Shown: positions 29,746 to 40,548 of the stretch, piece by piece
Position numbering within the stretch: position 1 is the first letter of the stretch
Layout of the letters: each line of letters starts with the position of its first letter
From: Candidatus Bathyarchaeia archaeon
GTDB lineage: Archaea; Thermoproteota; Bathyarchaeia; 40CM-2-53-6
Direction: 5' to 3'
Assembly: GCA_049513715.1 (NCBI GenBank)
Contig: JBEKVV010000001.1
Coordinates: 288,001 to 352,000 of the forward strand
Length of the DNA: 64,000 nt
Notes under the pieces: model-generated
Seen by the model: only the letters and a program-made list of their open reading frames with translations
Told to the model about the DNA's origin: nothing
The model's database searches: none
Translations under genes and position numbers: made by a program

Positions 29746-29946
29746 ATGAGTCAGAAAACAGCGCACGTGAAGCTTAGGTGTATGGAGTGTAAGGCAAAGT
29801 TCGACAGCAAGTATGACGCCTTCGACACCGCCGTAATCACCAACGTGGGACAGGTTCTGGACAATTTCATCTTCTGCCAGAAATGCAAAAAGCGTGTATC
29901 TGTCGTGGTCTTCGACATAAGAGCAGCAAACGAGATTACCCGCTGA
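29746..29946 (+). CDS. Small zinc-ribbon protein
   Basis: CMEC...CQKC. Confidence 0.6.
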   Translation: MSQKTAHVKLRCMECKAKFDSKYDAFDTAVITNVGQVLDNFIFCQKCKKRVSVVVFDIRAANEITR

Positions 29947-30034
29947 GCATGTTCAAGAGAAATTCAGAGTGAAAGCGGGGCTCTGACGGGACACTGAAGC
30001 CCGAAGTGCCTTTGGCAAGTTAGTCTGCGAGTTC

Positions 30035-30928
30035 GTGATTATGAAGTCGAAAGCATCCGAGGTGGTCTTTGCAGCTCTGTGCTTTGTCTGGGGCTCAACT
30101 TGGGTCGCAATTAAGGTTGGTTTGGAATATCTTCCCCCGTTTCTTTTTGCAGGGATCAGGTTTGCTACGGCAACAGTCGCTCTACTGTTGCTCATGAAAC
30201 TAATGCACGCTCATATGCCAAGGGACCGTTCTTCTTGGTCACTAATGCTATTCCTTGGCGTCTTCCAAATCACTGTCCCATACGGTCTGGTGTTCTGGGG
30301 TGAGCAATACATCTCGTCCGGGCTCTCCGCAGTGCTGTTTGCTACGCTTCCATTCTTCGTCTCCGTCTTCGCGCACTTTTTTGTTGGTGAAAGGCTCACA
30401 AAGTTGAAGGTCGCTGGGGTATTCGCTTCGTTCATGGGTTTGGTGGCGATTTTTTGGCGGGACATTGCTGCCTTCCAGAGTGCTGTTGGGCAGCTCTCAC
30501 TGTTTGGAAGTCTAGCTGTGGTCGGCAGCGCCATATCGGGAGGATTGGGCAACGTTGTGGGCAAGCGTCACGCGGAAAAAATCGACCCTGCGGCGAACGT
30601 CTTGGTCCAGATGTTGATGGGAACGCTCGTTCTGTTTTTCATTGACCTCGTGACGGAGAGGGCTTTCGTTACGGATTTCACGTTTGCCGCGGTTGTGTCG
30701 ATTCTTTACTTGGGTGTTGTTGGCTCTGCGTTGGGTTTTGTTGCATTGTACTGGCTCTTGAAGAGGATGACGGCTACGAATGTTTCCCTGGTTACCTTCG
30801 TGAACCCGATTGTTGCTCTGTTACTGGGTTGGGTTGTTCTGGGAGAGACACCCGACCCGAATATTGGGATAGGGGCGGTGTTGATTCTCGCCGGAGTCTA
30901 CCTTACAACGAGACCAAGCTCAACATGA
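30035..30928 (+). CDS. EamA/DMT family transporter
   Basis: WGSTW, PPFLFAGIRF; ~10 TMs. Confidence 0.92.
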   Translation: MIMKSKASEVVFAALCFVWGSTWVAIKVGLEYLPPFLFAGIRFATATVALLLLMKLMHAHMPRDRSSWSLMLFLGVFQITVPYGLVFWGEQYISSGLSAVLFATLPFFVSVFAHFFVGERLTKLKVAGVFASFMGLVAIFWRDIAAFQSAVGQLSLFGSLAVVGSAISGGLGNVVGKRHAEKIDPAANVLVQMLMGTLVLFFIDLVTERAFVTDFTFAAVVSILYLGVVGSALGFVALYWLLKRMTATNVSLVTFVNPIVALLLGWVVLGETPDPNIGIGAVLILAGVYLTTRPSST

Positions 30929-30949
30929 CAATCCTGTTACCTGCGTGAT

Positions 30950-31363
30950 CTAACGGTTGGCGAGCTCCAACGCGGTACCGATGCTGCGAGCGATCTCTTC
31001 CATCGGCGGCTCAATGCCGCGGTAGACTTCAACGATTCCAACCTCGGTCTTCAGAAGAATTAGGTAAGTAGAGTAAGCAGCGAATTTCAGCGTGCGGCGG
31101 AAATCTTGAAGGCTTTCCCTAAACCGCTGCTCTCCGGAAACATGGATTGTGTTGAATCGGACTCGGTCGCCATACTTCTGTTGAATTGAGTCTGCAAGTT
31201 TCTCGAACAGTGGTCTCTGTATCTCGCAACCACTGCAACGGTCTCTTGTGAGAGCGTAAACGTACACCGTCTTTTCCTCCTGGACAAATGTAGCGAAAGG
31301 ATTCGAGCCTGATTGCTCGGCAGCCTTGACAAACTCTTCATAACGCAATCGAGTGAGTGGCAT
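30950..31363 (-). CDS. Thioredoxin-fold protein
   Basis: CSGC motif following a beta strand. Confidence 0.6.
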   Translation of the reverse strand: MPLTRLRYEEFVKAAEQSGSNPFATFVQEEKTVYVYALTRDRCSGCEIQRPLFEKLADSIQQKYGDRVRFNTIHVSGEQRFRESLQDFRRTLKFAAYSTYLILLKTEVGIVEVYRGIEPPMEEIARSIGTALELANR

Positions 31364-31411
31364 GCTCAAGTTAACTGAACCTCCGCCCAATATACTGAAC
31401 CAGTGAAGCGC

Positions 31412-31870
31412 TCAGCCTAGGAATGCGAACGTGGTTCCTAGTGTTACATTATGGCCCTGAACGAACCCTGCGTCAACTTCCAGGACGTAAGTCGCCTTGA
31501 CTGGTGGTTCGAATACTGGGCACCCTTGTGGGGTGCATGGCGGTAGGTTCTGCTGGATGTAAACCACTTGTCTATTCGAGTTGAACCAGATGATGTCCAA
31601 AGGGAACTTCATGTCAATCATCCAGAACCCCCAGAAATCCTCATGGTCGAAGACGAAGAGCATTCCATGGTCAGCTGGCAATTTGTCTCTGCCCGAGAGG
31701 CCTTTTGCTTGTTCGGTGGAGGTTTTCGCAATTTCCACAGTTAGTGTCACCCCTGCGATTCTGATTTGAGGAGCGTTATTGCTGGGTGGTCGCATCAAGA
31801 GGTAGGCCGCCGATAGAGTTGAGACTAGAACCAATGCAAGAACCGCGCCGATGATGATGCGCTTTCTCAA
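31412..31870 (-). CDS. DUF192 family protein
   Basis: VEIA...GLSGR...GMLFVF...FWMIDMKFPLDIIW...YVLEV; N-terminal TM. Confidence 0.9.
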   Translation of the reverse strand: MRKRIIIGAVLALVLVSTLSAAYLLMRPPSNNAPQIRIAGVTLTVEIAKTSTEQAKGLSGRDKLPADHGMLFVFDHEDFWGFWMIDMKFPLDIIWFNSNRQVVYIQQNLPPCTPQGCPVFEPPVKATYVLEVDAGFVQGHNVTLGTTFAFLG

Positions 31871-31977
31871 TTGCTATGCACCTTGCCAATTCCGAACTCA
31901 ATCGATATCTTTGGCAATTGCCCAGTGATTGTGGGGAAGAAATTCCTTTCGTTTGATCCTGTGGAAGTGCTCTGCGA

Positions 31978-32307
31978 CTAGCCTTTCTTTGCCCCTAGGT
32001 AGAACCCGAGGCTGAAACTTCCACCCATGGGCAACACCTGAGCGACGAGGGTAAGGGACCCGACCAAAGCGGCGACTGCGCCCTCAAACGCACTGCCCAT
32101 GGTTGTTGAGAAAGCGTTGAAGTTTAGCGAGATGACGCCAATAGAGGCCAACCATGCCAGGCCGAGGGTGAACAACCCTGTGACGAGTGCGAGAATCTTC
32201 AAAATGATTGCGGCGACTTTTTTCAGGCCGAAGCCTAGCAAGAAACCTAGGGTTCCGCCGAAACCGACCTGCGTGGCTATGAGTGTCGCCAATCCACCAT
32301 TGTCCAA
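31978..32307 (-). CDS. FUN14 family membrane protein
   Basis: QVGFGGTLGFLLGFGLKK...GGSFSLGFYLGAKKG; probable TTG start at 32307. Confidence 0.8.
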   Translation of the reverse strand: MDNGGLATLIATQVGFGGTLGFLLGFGLKKVAAIILKILALVTGLFTLGLAWLASIGVISLNFNAFSTTMGSAFEGAVAALVGSLTLVAQVLPMGGSFSLGFYLGAKKG

Positions 32308-32527
32308 CGCGCACACGTAATAAACAACCGGGGTATTCTTTGGGATTAAAGATTCAGCACGGCTACTGGCATAATCTGTGGATTTGCCTGCCCGACTTGA
32401 ACACGCTCGGCGACAAATAGGGAAATCCTTGTCTTGAGCCATACGAGGCCTATGAGGAAGAGAATGCGCGAATGGGGAGAGAGTTCGAGAGAGCCTCATC
32501 CAGAATCGGAGCACCTGAGGACTGGTC

Positions 32528-32998
32528 TCATGGCTTGATTTGAACCGAAGTGATTTTGACTTCTTTGAGTGGCCTATCCTTACCGTCGGTTTTAACTTTG
32601 CCGATTGCCCTGACAACATCCATCCCCTCGGTGACTTTCCCGAAGACAGTGTGCTTTCCGTCCAGCCAAGGTGTCGGGGCAAGGGTTATGAAAAATTGCG
32701 AGCCACCAGTGTTTGGGCCCGCGTTCGCCATGGAGAGAATTCCGGGCGCGCTGTGTTTCAGGTTTGGAGTGAACTCGTCTTTTATTGTGTAACCAGGGCC
32801 ACTCGATCCGTCGCCGCGGGGGCATCCGCCTTGAAGCATGAAGCCGTCAATAACCCTGTGGAATGCGAGCCCGTTGTAGAAGCCTTTCTTGGATAATTTG
32901 ATGAAATTGTCAACCGTTATTGGCGTCTCGTCCATGAACAATTCCGCCTTAATAGTTCCCATGTTCGTTTCTAAGGTCGCACCTGGATTCGGCAACAA
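32528..32998 (-). CDS. Cyclophilin-type peptidyl-prolyl isomerase
   Basis: [39 protein letters not shown]. Confidence 0.96.
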   Translation of the reverse strand: MLPNPGATLETNMGTIKAELFMDETPITVDNFIKLSKKGFYNGLAFHRVIDGFMLQGGCPRGDGSSGPGYTIKDEFTPNLKHSAPGILSMANAGPNTGGSQFFITLAPTPWLDGKHTVFGKVTEGMDVVRAIGKVKTDGKDRPLKEVKITSVQIKP

Positions 32999-33040
32999 GG
33001 TCCCCGGATTGCATGGAAACGGTTTGGTGTATAAGAAGAA

Positions 33041-33895
33041 ATGTGCAGTAACATGACAAGCGCAGGGCCTCCGACCGATTCTCCTCGCAAGGTACTGCCC
33101 GATGAACTAACGGATGGTTTCCAGCAAATTGGGCTCCGTGAAGGAGATTCTGTAATGTTGCACGCTTCCCTAGACAGTTTTGGAAGCGTTGATGGGGGCG
33201 CTGCCATGGTTTTGCATCGACTCTTGGGTGTATTAGGCAAGAAGGGCACGTTGCTAATGCCGACCTTCACGTCCATAGCGAGACATAGTGGAACGCACAA
33301 CAACTACACGAGCCCTGGGTGCTGGTGTGAAGGTAAGGAGAACCGGCACGTTCCATTCATTCCCGAACTCCAACCTGACAAAGCCATCGGCCCGATAGCC
33401 CATAGATTGTGCAGCTGGCCGGCTTCAAGGCGCAGCCGGCACCCGGCTTACTCGTTTGTGGCAGTGGGCAGACATGGTGACGACCTTGTCCGTGAACATG
33501 AGCTTTTGAACCCACTCCTGCCGGTCAAGAAGTTCCTCAAGCAAGACCCGAAAGTTGTGACGGCTGGAGTTAACCTAAACTCTGTCACCTCGATTCATTT
33601 GGCAGAAGAAGCAAAAGCTCCGAACAAATTCGTCAAAGAACGCGCATTGACAGTCACGTCTAAGGGCCAAGTTTGGCTTGACGTCCTAGCCATCGGGTGC
33701 AGCGCCGGATTTGGAAAGTTGGGAACGTATCTGACCCAAGAAAAAGTAAGGGAAACGAAAATCGGCCTAGCCGCTGTGCAGACTTATCCGATGAGGTCAC
33801 TCATCGAGGATGCCAAGTCTCTTCTCGGCAAGAATCCTAGAGCCCTAACCTGCGACAACGAGGAATGCATGAGTTGCGCTTTGGCGGGATGCTAG
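33041..33895 (+). CDS. AAC(3)-family N-acetyltransferase homolog
   Basis: [40 protein letters not shown]. Confidence 0.82.
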   Translation: MCSNMTSAGPPTDSPRKVLPDELTDGFQQIGLREGDSVMLHASLDSFGSVDGGAAMVLHRLLGVLGKKGTLLMPTFTSIARHSGTHNNYTSPGCWCEGKENRHVPFIPELQPDKAIGPIAHRLCSWPASRRSRHPAYSFVAVGRHGDDLVREHELLNPLLPVKKFLKQDPKVVTAGVNLNSVTSIHLAEEAKAPNKFVKERALTVTSKGQVWLDVLAIGCSAGFGKLGTYLTQEKVRETKIGLAAVQTYPMRSLIEDAKSLLGKNPRALTCDNEECMSCALAGC

Positions 33896-33932
33896 CCGTA
33901 GTCGGAGCGGGCCACGCCGTGACTCGTGTGAT

Positions 33933-35123
33933 CTACTGCTTCCACCAACCATAATCTCGCGGAAGCAACCTTGTCAGAACGTCACAGCGATTGCTTGTTG
34001 TCAGGACATCGTCCTCAATTCTGACTCCCATCTTGCCCGGTATGTAAGCACCTGGCTCAATGGTGAAAACCATTGATGGTTGAAGCGTTTCTTTGCCTTC
34101 GGCGATAATGTACGGCGCCTCATGGACCTCTAATCCCAAACCGTGCCCGGTTCTGTGTGTGAAGTACTTGCCTAGGCCATTTTGTTCGAGGAGATTTCTC
34201 GCCGAGTAATCAACAGCGCCAACAGTCCTACCGCTTCTCGACTCGTCGATCGCTGCTTCATTTGCCTCGCGCACCTTCTCGTATAGTTGACGGAATCCCT
34301 CGTCTTTTCCGGAAATGAAGGTTCGTGTGATGTCTGCATAGTAGCCTGAACAGGTGCATGAGATGTCGATTACTACGCTCTCGTTTCGCTTAATTTTCCT
34401 ATCCGATGGCAAGTGGTGGGAATCTGCGGCGAAGGGGCCTGATTGAACGAGCACGTCGTCAACGGATTCGGCGCCCTGCGAGTAGATTGCCTCCCTTACA
34501 GCTTTTGCCAGTTGAAGCTCGGAAATGCCGGGTTTGAGCAGGTGGGGAATTTTCAGAAATGATTTCGAAAGAATTCGGGCAGCCCTCTTCAGGAACTTGA
34601 TTTCGGATTGCTGCTTCACCTCCCTTATGCCTTGGAGCAGTGGCTCTGCGTCCTGTAGGTCTGGTTTGGCATGTCGCAGAAGGTTGTTGATGAACAGAAA
34701 CGGTGTCCTCCCTTCTACGCCCCACTTTCCAATGAATGACAGTGCCTCTGACACCTGTCGAAATGATTCTGCAGGACCCTCGTTATCTGTCCAAGAATGA
34801 ACCTTCATGTTCCCGGACATCCTTAGGAAGGGGCCGGACTCAAGTTTGGGTGCAACCAAGTGAGGTTCACTGGTCTTCGGGATGAAGAAGAGGTACGGCC
34901 GCTCCAACAATAATGAGTGTACGCCTGTGTAGTATCTTAGGTTGGGTCCAGGAACGAGGATGACTCCGTTGAGGTCACTTTCGCTAATTCGGGTCCGAAG
35001 GTTCTCAAGACGGGCGTGGTATTCCACTTCTTTCGGCAACTTGGGGTCTCCTAGAGTCGTTGTTTCACCGGCTGTCACTTTTGAGTTTCCATTCGTCGAG
35101 TTTGGGTGCCTGAAAACCTCCAT
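33933..35123 (-). CDS. Xaa-Pro peptidase (M24 family)
   Basis: YYADITRT, HRTGHGLGLEVHE, TIEPG, GVRIEDD; start may lie further downstream. Confidence 0.93.
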   Translation of the reverse strand: MEVFRHPNSTNGNSKVTAGETTTLGDPKLPKEVEYHARLENLRTRISESDLNGVILVPGPNLRYYTGVHSLLLERPYLFFIPKTSEPHLVAPKLESGPFLRMSGNMKVHSWTDNEGPAESFRQVSEALSFIGKWGVEGRTPFLFINNLLRHAKPDLQDAEPLLQGIREVKQQSEIKFLKRAARILSKSFLKIPHLLKPGISELQLAKAVREAIYSQGAESVDDVLVQSGPFAADSHHLPSDRKIKRNESVVIDISCTCSGYYADITRTFISGKDEGFRQLYEKVREANEAAIDESRSGRTVGAVDYSARNLLEQNGLGKYFTHRTGHGLGLEVHEAPYIIAEGKETLQPSMVFTIEPGAYIPGKMGVRIEDDVLTTSNRCDVLTRLLPRDYGWWKQ

Positions 35124-35184
35124 TGTTTAGAGATTACAAGCAAGCGAGCTGATAGTCGCTTTATCCGCTTATATCGACCGGGCG

Positions 35185-35625
35185 ATGCCGTTTGGGTTGC
35201 GAAACCCTTTGAGTATATCGAAAGAGCAGGCTCTCGGCATCGTTCTTCAGGAACCCTCTACGAGGGCCTCTGGGCTTCAAGCTATCCACGTGCACAAGGG
35301 TGGCTTAGAGGGTCTGCTCTTCGATTCCGTCGAGGAAACACTCACAGACCTCTTGGGGAGCCGCGCCAAAGAAGCTGTCTTCGACTACCTCGAAAGAAAC
35401 TGCCTCATGGGAAGAAGTGAGATCACTAAATCTCTTGGCGATCTGTTCTCGATCCTTGACGAAATCTTCGGCAGAGGGAGTAAGATAATAGGGAAAGCGA
35501 TCGCAAAGAAACTTTACTCAAAACTCAACTGGGAATTTGTTGATTGCCGGGATTACGAGCTGACCGATTATTTGGCGACAGTGAAGTTGCGACTAGCTAG
35601 GGATATGACCAAAGCTTTTCAGTAG
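35185..35625 (+). CDS. NitrOD5/DUF3227-like small protein
   Basis: VEETLTDLLG...LDEIFGRGSKIIGKAIAKKLYSKL pattern. Confidence 0.6.
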   Translation: MPFGLRNPLSISKEQALGIVLQEPSTRASGLQAIHVHKGGLEGLLFDSVEETLTDLLGSRAKEAVFDYLERNCLMGRSEITKSLGDLFSILDEIFGRGSKIIGKAIAKKLYSKLNWEFVDCRDYELTDYLATVKLRLARDMTKAFQ

Positions 35626-35691
35626 CAAAAGCGGTTAGGAAGGGCATTTTACTTGCTCCTTTTGCTCCGCGACTTGAAACGAACGATTACT

Positions 35692-38600
35692 TTATGCTCG
35701 TTTCGTTCGTTGCCTTGATTCGTTCCTCAAGGGTCGTTGTTCAAGCAAACACGTTGATTGCCTTGGGGTGAGCAATGACGTTTGGCGTAGAGGGGCAGTT
35801 GGCAGGATTAACCCAAACCTAGAGATCTGATCTTGCTGCAGGGTGGCCAGCCCAAACTCCGCCAACAGTTGAGCTGTGGAAAAAGTCGGTGATCCTTGGA
35901 AATACTCAAGCCAAAAGTCCATCCTCAAATCAGAGCCCTGGGGAACCGCGACTTGAGCAGTTCTGGTTGAGTACCCAGCCAACTTAACGCCAATCATGTA
36001 AGTACCACTAGGCACCCATACTTGGTAATAGCCATCAGTTGTGAACGTTGTATAGTTGCCATTGCCTGGTTCAAGGTCAACAACCGCCCATGAAAGCAGA
36101 CGCGCCTGGTTGTAGATTGTAGAGCCTATGACTGTTCCGCTGATTCTTGAGGCTCGGTCCATCGACGCGACGACTGAGGCTCTCTCCCTCGGTACAAGAT
36201 TCACTTGGATTTCACTGGATTGGTAGTATCCGTCAACCCAAACCATAACGCGGAAACTCCCAGGCGACAGCCCGCCTTCGTCCGGCCGCGCGGCGTCTGT
36301 TGTATCGTAGAAGCCAGACCAATTTGTCATCGGGTCTCCGAAATATCGCTCGAATCCGATCAGGATGAATCGGGCTGAGGTTGTTGGAGAGCCATTTGTA
36401 AGATTCGGGATGTAGGTATTGTTCGCGGCAACAAAGTTTCCTAAATCATCATAGACTTCGAGCCTTACTGGGGTAGCGTCCAAGTGGTTCAACGGTTGGG
36501 CATATGGTTGGGTCGAGTTTATCAGAGAAAGGAGGTTCTCGTTCTTGAACACGAGCGTTAAATCAATTGTTGGTTGCAGGATCATCCTGATGCTTACATC
36601 ACTATTCGTTCCCATAGCTACGTGTATGCGGGGAATCTCGAATTGCTGGTATCCAACCGTTTGAGCCAGGATTTCGTAGTCGTTCGTGAGCAGGCCGGCA
36701 TAGAAGAACTGTCTTGTGTTGTTGTTGAAGGGTTGTGACGAGTTCGTTGTGTAGACGTTTCCGACAGAGTCGATGATTTTGAGTGTAATGGGGGCACCAT
36801 GGTACGCAAATGGTACGGGAACGCTAGGGTGTTCAGTATCGGTCGAGTATACGTTGAGCAAAATGCCTCCACCACGGTACATGAAGAAACTGAGCGCCGA
36901 CGGCAGGAAGTAGGAGGAGATTGAGGCGAGCGTTATAATTCCTTGTACGTCTTCCAGCTGAAAGTAAGTGTCCCTGACGCCAACATTGGTGTCGCCAGTG
37001 TACAAGGGTGAAGAGGTGAACCGGGCAACTATATGATATGTACCAGGTGGGAGGCCATAATTCGGAGGTAGCAACCCAATGTTACCAAGCCCACGGGCCT
37101 CGCTGAAACCGAGCACCTCAATTGTGGCGTTGTTAGACCCTGGCAAAACGAAGGTCGTGTTGGTTCCGCGTAGCGTCCAAGCCTCATCGTAAACAGAAAC
37201 ACTGAGTGTCCCACCGAGAGTCAGATTGGTCGCTTTCAAGCTTGAGCTGTAATCCAAGAAATGGACTGTGATTGAAAAGAAACCTGTTCTTACGAGGGGG
37301 ATTTCGGCATAGGTTCGGAGTGTTTGATTGATAATGTGAATTGGGACATCGTCTATTTGGATATAGGATGTTACGTAAGCTCGTAGGTAGTAGTCCCCTG
37401 ATGTAAGCCCCGACGTGTAATTGGCGTAATTTTGCGGTATTCTTCCATCATATCCGAGTTCTCGGTATATTGAGAAAGCAAACGTGGTTGCAGAGGGATC
37501 TGTGAAGAGTGTGGGTCTGTACGGTGCTGGCGTTGAGGCGACGACGATATTGTCGGGTGAGAGCATTCTCACAATGATCGACCGAGGAGTTGTGCCGCCG
37601 AATCCGAACAGCGAGCCCCATCGTAGAGGTACGCCATCGCCTGTGCGTGAAAAGACTACCCCCGTGACGTTGGCGCTTCGTGGAAGATAGATGTCTATGT
37701 TCTCGAGTGATTGAGCCGGAAGAACGCTGACGCGCAACGGCCGGATGGTTGGAACGTAGCCCGCGACATACGCTGTTAAGTTGTAAGTCCCGGCGGCGAG
37801 GCCAAAGAGCGTGTACTGCCCCTCTGCGGTGGAGTTTATGAAAGTCTGAGCTGTCGCGGTTCTTCCGAGGTAGTCTATCCCGGTTGCCACTACGCGGGCC
37901 CCGTAGCCGGGAGGAATGTTGACTGGTTTTCCGGCTTCGGAGGAATTAGAGTAGCCTATGTCTCTGAGTGTTCCTGAGATGTAGGCGGGATCATTGGTGC
38001 CCTCAACTACTAGTGTTGGAAAGTTGTCCGGGCCAATCGAGGTCCCATTTAGGAAGGCTTTGAAGAAGTACCTCCCCGCAATCGAAGGTGAAGTTACTTG
38101 GAACAATCGGACGTATTGAGTTTTGTTTGTCTCGAAGACGCCGTTGGCGGTAAGGTTGCTCCTTGAAGCAACAAAGCCAAGGTTAGCTGTGACAATTATG
38201 TTCCGAACGCTTACTCTCCACCAGTTCGGGCCAATTTGATCAGAGCCCCCCCCTCTGGATAATGACAGGCTGTTTGGATCATAGTCGTTGGTGAAACTTG
38301 TCCAGAGCTGGCTCGTCGTAAGACTTGTAAAATCGGGTGGGATGTAGATGTCGACAGACCTGTACAGGCTGGCGTTAGGTACAAGCATTCCATTGACCGT
38401 GATGTTACGGTCTGTTTTGGGGGGACTCAAATTCACCTTGAACAAAAGGTCGCCTGTGCTGTTCGTTAGGATCGAGCTGTTTGGATAACTCAATTTGACA
38501 GAAGCGAACGTCGGAAAATCTGTGCCAAGGGTTCGGGAGTATTTCCCCGGTGAGACTCTAACCGTGCTGCAATACGGTTGCGTACACGCGGCGAGATTTC

Positions 38601-38697
38601 CGTGAACGGCGATTGCTGGGAGCGCATTCAAGAGCATCGTGAAGGTGAGAATGCAAACTATTGTGTGAGTCCAATGCCGAGAACGGAGACCGGACAT
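35692..38697 (-). CDS. Large secreted beta-rich (glyco)protein with carboxypeptidase-regulatory-like domains
   Basis: Signal-like N-terminus; GTYNLTAYVAGY and GTYMIGVKLAGY repeats; many NxS/T sequons. Confidence 0.75.
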   Translation of the reverse strand: MSGLRSRHWTHTIVCILTFTMLLNALPAIAVHGNLAACTQPYCSTVRVSPGKYSRTLGTDFPTFASVKLSYPNSSILTNSTGDLLFKVNLSPPKTDRNITVNGMLVPNASLYRSVDIYIPPDFTSLTTSQLWTSFTNDYDPNSLSLSRGGGSDQIGPNWWRVSVRNIIVTANLGFVASRSNLTANGVFETNKTQYVRLFQVTSPSIAGRYFFKAFLNGTSIGPDNFPTLVVEGTNDPAYISGTLRDIGYSNSSEAGKPVNIPPGYGARVVATGIDYLGRTATAQTFINSTAEGQYTLFGLAAGTYNLTAYVAGYVPTIRPLRVSVLPAQSLENIDIYLPRSANVTGVVFSRTGDGVPLRWGSLFGFGGTTPRSIIVRMLSPDNIVVASTPAPYRPTLFTDPSATTFAFSIYRELGYDGRIPQNYANYTSGLTSGDYYLRAYVTSYIQIDDVPIHIINQTLRTYAEIPLVRTGFFSITVHFLDYSSSLKATNLTLGGTLSVSVYDEAWTLRGTNTTFVLPGSNNATIEVLGFSEARGLGNIGLLPPNYGLPPGTYHIVARFTSSPLYTGDTNVGVRDTYFQLEDVQGIITLASISSYFLPSALSFFMYRGGGILLNVYSTDTEHPSVPVPFAYHGAPITLKIIDSVGNVYTTNSSQPFNNNTRQFFYAGLLTNDYEILAQTVGYQQFEIPRIHVAMGTNSDVSIRMILQPTIDLTLVFKNENLLSLINSTQPYAQPLNHLDATPVRLEVYDDLGNFVAANNTYIPNLTNGSPTTSARFILIGFERYFGDPMTNWSGFYDTTDAARPDEGGLSPGSFRVMVWVDGYYQSSEIQVNLVPRERASVVASMDRASRISGTVIGSTIYNQARLLSWAVVDLEPGNGNYTTFTTDGYYQVWVPSGTYMIGVKLAGYSTRTAQVAVPQGSDLRMDFWLEYFQGSPTFSTAQLLAEFGLATLQQDQISRFGLILPTAPLRQTSLLTPRQSTCLLEQRPLRNESRQRTKRA

Positions 38698-38701
38698 CGG
38701 A

Positions 38702-39085
38702 TTAGCCTGGCTTGAGCTGTGATTCTTCTTCTGAGGTTAGCTCCAGCGACTCCGCCTCTTCCTCAGTCGTTTCAGTTTTTCGGAGTCGCGCGTAAAGCAA
38801 CCCTACCCCGATTACTCCGACCACTATTAGGAATCCCGCGAGAAATGATGCGATCACGAAGCCATACTCCGACCCAGCCGTCCTCGGAATTGTGAACCCG
38901 CGGAAGGTTGCCTGCTGAGGTGTCAATAGGTAATCGGCGTATGCGTATGCTGCGTTGAGAAGCCCGCTAACGACGGCTGCGAGCGCGAGCTTCTTCTTCG
39001 TAATGCGGGATTTCTGGTTCTTTATGATTGACCCCAAGACGATACCAGTGATGATTACTGGAAGCATGATTGGAACTTGCGGCAT
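38702..39085 (-). CDS. Membrane protein (3 TMs, acidic tail)
   Basis: Hydrophobic segments; adjacent to and co-oriented with the secreted protein. Confidence 0.65.
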   Translation of the reverse strand: MPQVPIMLPVIITGIVLGSIIKNQKSRITKKKLALAAVVSGLLNAAYAYADYLLTPQQATFRGFTIPRTAGSEYGFVIASFLAGFLIVVGVIGVGLLYARLRKTETTEEEAESLELTSEEESQLKPG

Positions 39086-39165
39086 CTCGAGACTGCTCCG
39101 TGTTCGAGGAAGTATTGAACGAGTTTATATAAGGCTAACTACAAGCCTTAGTTAGGAATTTCGCG

Positions 39166-39594
39166 TTGAAGCTGTACTCCCTACGCCCACATAACCGCGA
39201 CCTCAGGTTCGCTTTGGGGGACCTTGAGGCTGCGATTTTACGAGAGCTCTGGGCCTCGAACAAACCAGTCTCAGTCAAGGACTTCCAGGCCAGAACGTCC
39301 AGAACTCGCCCACTTGCGGTAACGACTGTGGCCACAATTTTGGACAGGCTTTACCAGAAGGGTTTAGTTTCAAGGCAGTTGGTTCGGGAAGGGGGGCCGC
39401 ACTACTTGTATAGGGCTCGAGTAACAGAGAAGGAATTCCAACACGAAGTGGTGGATAACGTCATGGGAACGTTACTGCACGGTTTCAATGAGGTCACCGT
39501 TGCTTACTTAGCTGAAAGAATGGGTGTAGCGAACCGCGGGGATGGGCGAGTCATAGTGAAGTATTTGAACAGGCTGCGTAAGAAGCCTGCGTAA
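39166..39594 (+). CDS. BlaI/MecI/CopY family repressor
   Basis: LGDLEAAILRELW...LAVTTVATILDRLYQKGLV. Confidence 0.88.
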   Translation: MKLYSLRPHNRDLRFALGDLEAAILRELWASNKPVSVKDFQARTSRTRPLAVTTVATILDRLYQKGLVSRQLVREGGPHYLYRARVTEKEFQHEVVDNVMGTLLHGFNEVTVAYLAERMGVANRGDGRVIVKYLNRLRKKPA

Positions 39595-39606
39595 GAAGGC
39601 CGACAA

Positions 39607-40548
39607 ATGATCCTCTTTCTCCCCAGGTATCTGGGGCTCTTGTCAATGTTGCTGGTGGGGCCTTCGATTCCAAAGTTGTTCCCAGACGCCCTCATGGTCG
39701 TAACTATGATTGGAGCGCTTGCTCTTGGCAGGTCTTTCCGTAACAAGTCTCTCGCTTTGCTCGGTATTTTGGTCATGATGGTTGCTCAGAGTCTTCTGTT
39801 GGTTTTTGGCGCAACTTACATCGAGCTGTTCAGGGAGAGCGCTCATCTCACTCGTGAGTCTACGATTTTCTTTTTCACGCTGCACGACATCAACTTGGGA
39901 GTTAACCTAATTGGCGCTTTTGCTGCGGGATGTGTCGCTCTCTTCATAGAGTTTGGTCGGTCAAGAATTAGCATGTCGAGAGCGTTTCCTCACCTGGATT
40001 TCGTAGAGGCAACTCCTCAACTGACGAACACCGTGGAAAGGCTTGCACGTGCCGCGAATATCCCGGCACCTGAGGTCGCGATAGTTGATTCAGGATATCC
40101 TTCCGCGTTCACAGTCAGGGCCAACCGCCGCTACACGATTGCGGCATCTATTGGCCTCCTCGAATCGCTAAGCGAAGAGGAAGTTGAAGCGTGTTTGGCT
40201 CACGAGGTCGCGCACCTTAAGAACAGAGACTTTATTGTAAGAGCGATTGCTACCGTTTCCAAGTTAGCGGTGTTCGCCAGGCCTGTGGGCTATTTTGTGG
40301 AGCCCGCAGTTTACAGGGCGCGCGAATTTCTGGCAGATAAGACCGCAACGGAACTCATCGGAGGGCCGACGATGCTGATCTCAGCGCTTTCCAAGCTGAA
40401 GGCAGCAAACTCGTTCTCAGAACCAGGCCTCGTTGCAGGTATGTCTGTGTGCAACTTGAACGTGCGCAAACGGGTCTTTTGGTTATTCGAAAAACACCCC
40501 GACCTTGAGGCGAGAATCAGAGTTCTTAAGGAGACTGCATTAGATTGA
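39607..40548 (+). CDS. Membrane zinc metalloprotease M48/M56 (BlaR1/HtpX-like)
   Basis: AHEVAH, REFLAD, HPDLEARI; N-terminal TMs. Confidence 0.85.
   Translation: MILFLPRYLGLLSMLLVGPSIPKLFPDALMVVTMIGALALGRSFRNKSLALLGILVMMVAQSLLLVFGATYIELFRESAHLTRESTIFFFTLHDINLGVNLIGAFAAGCVALFIEFGRSRISMSRAFPHLDFVEATPQLTNTVERLARAANIPAPEVAIVDSGYPSAFTVRANRRYTIAASIGLLESLSEEEVEACLAHEVAHLKNRDFIVRAIATVSKLAVFARPVGYFVEPAVYRAREFLADKTATELIGGPTMLISALSKLKAANSFSEPGLVAGMSVCNLNVRKRVFWLFEKHPDLEARIRVLKETALD

Noticed and set aside
32308..32682. Long N-terminal extension of the FUN14 ORF
   Set aside because: It overlaps the cyclophilin in another frame and looks non-coding; the FUN14 domain starts at ~32307
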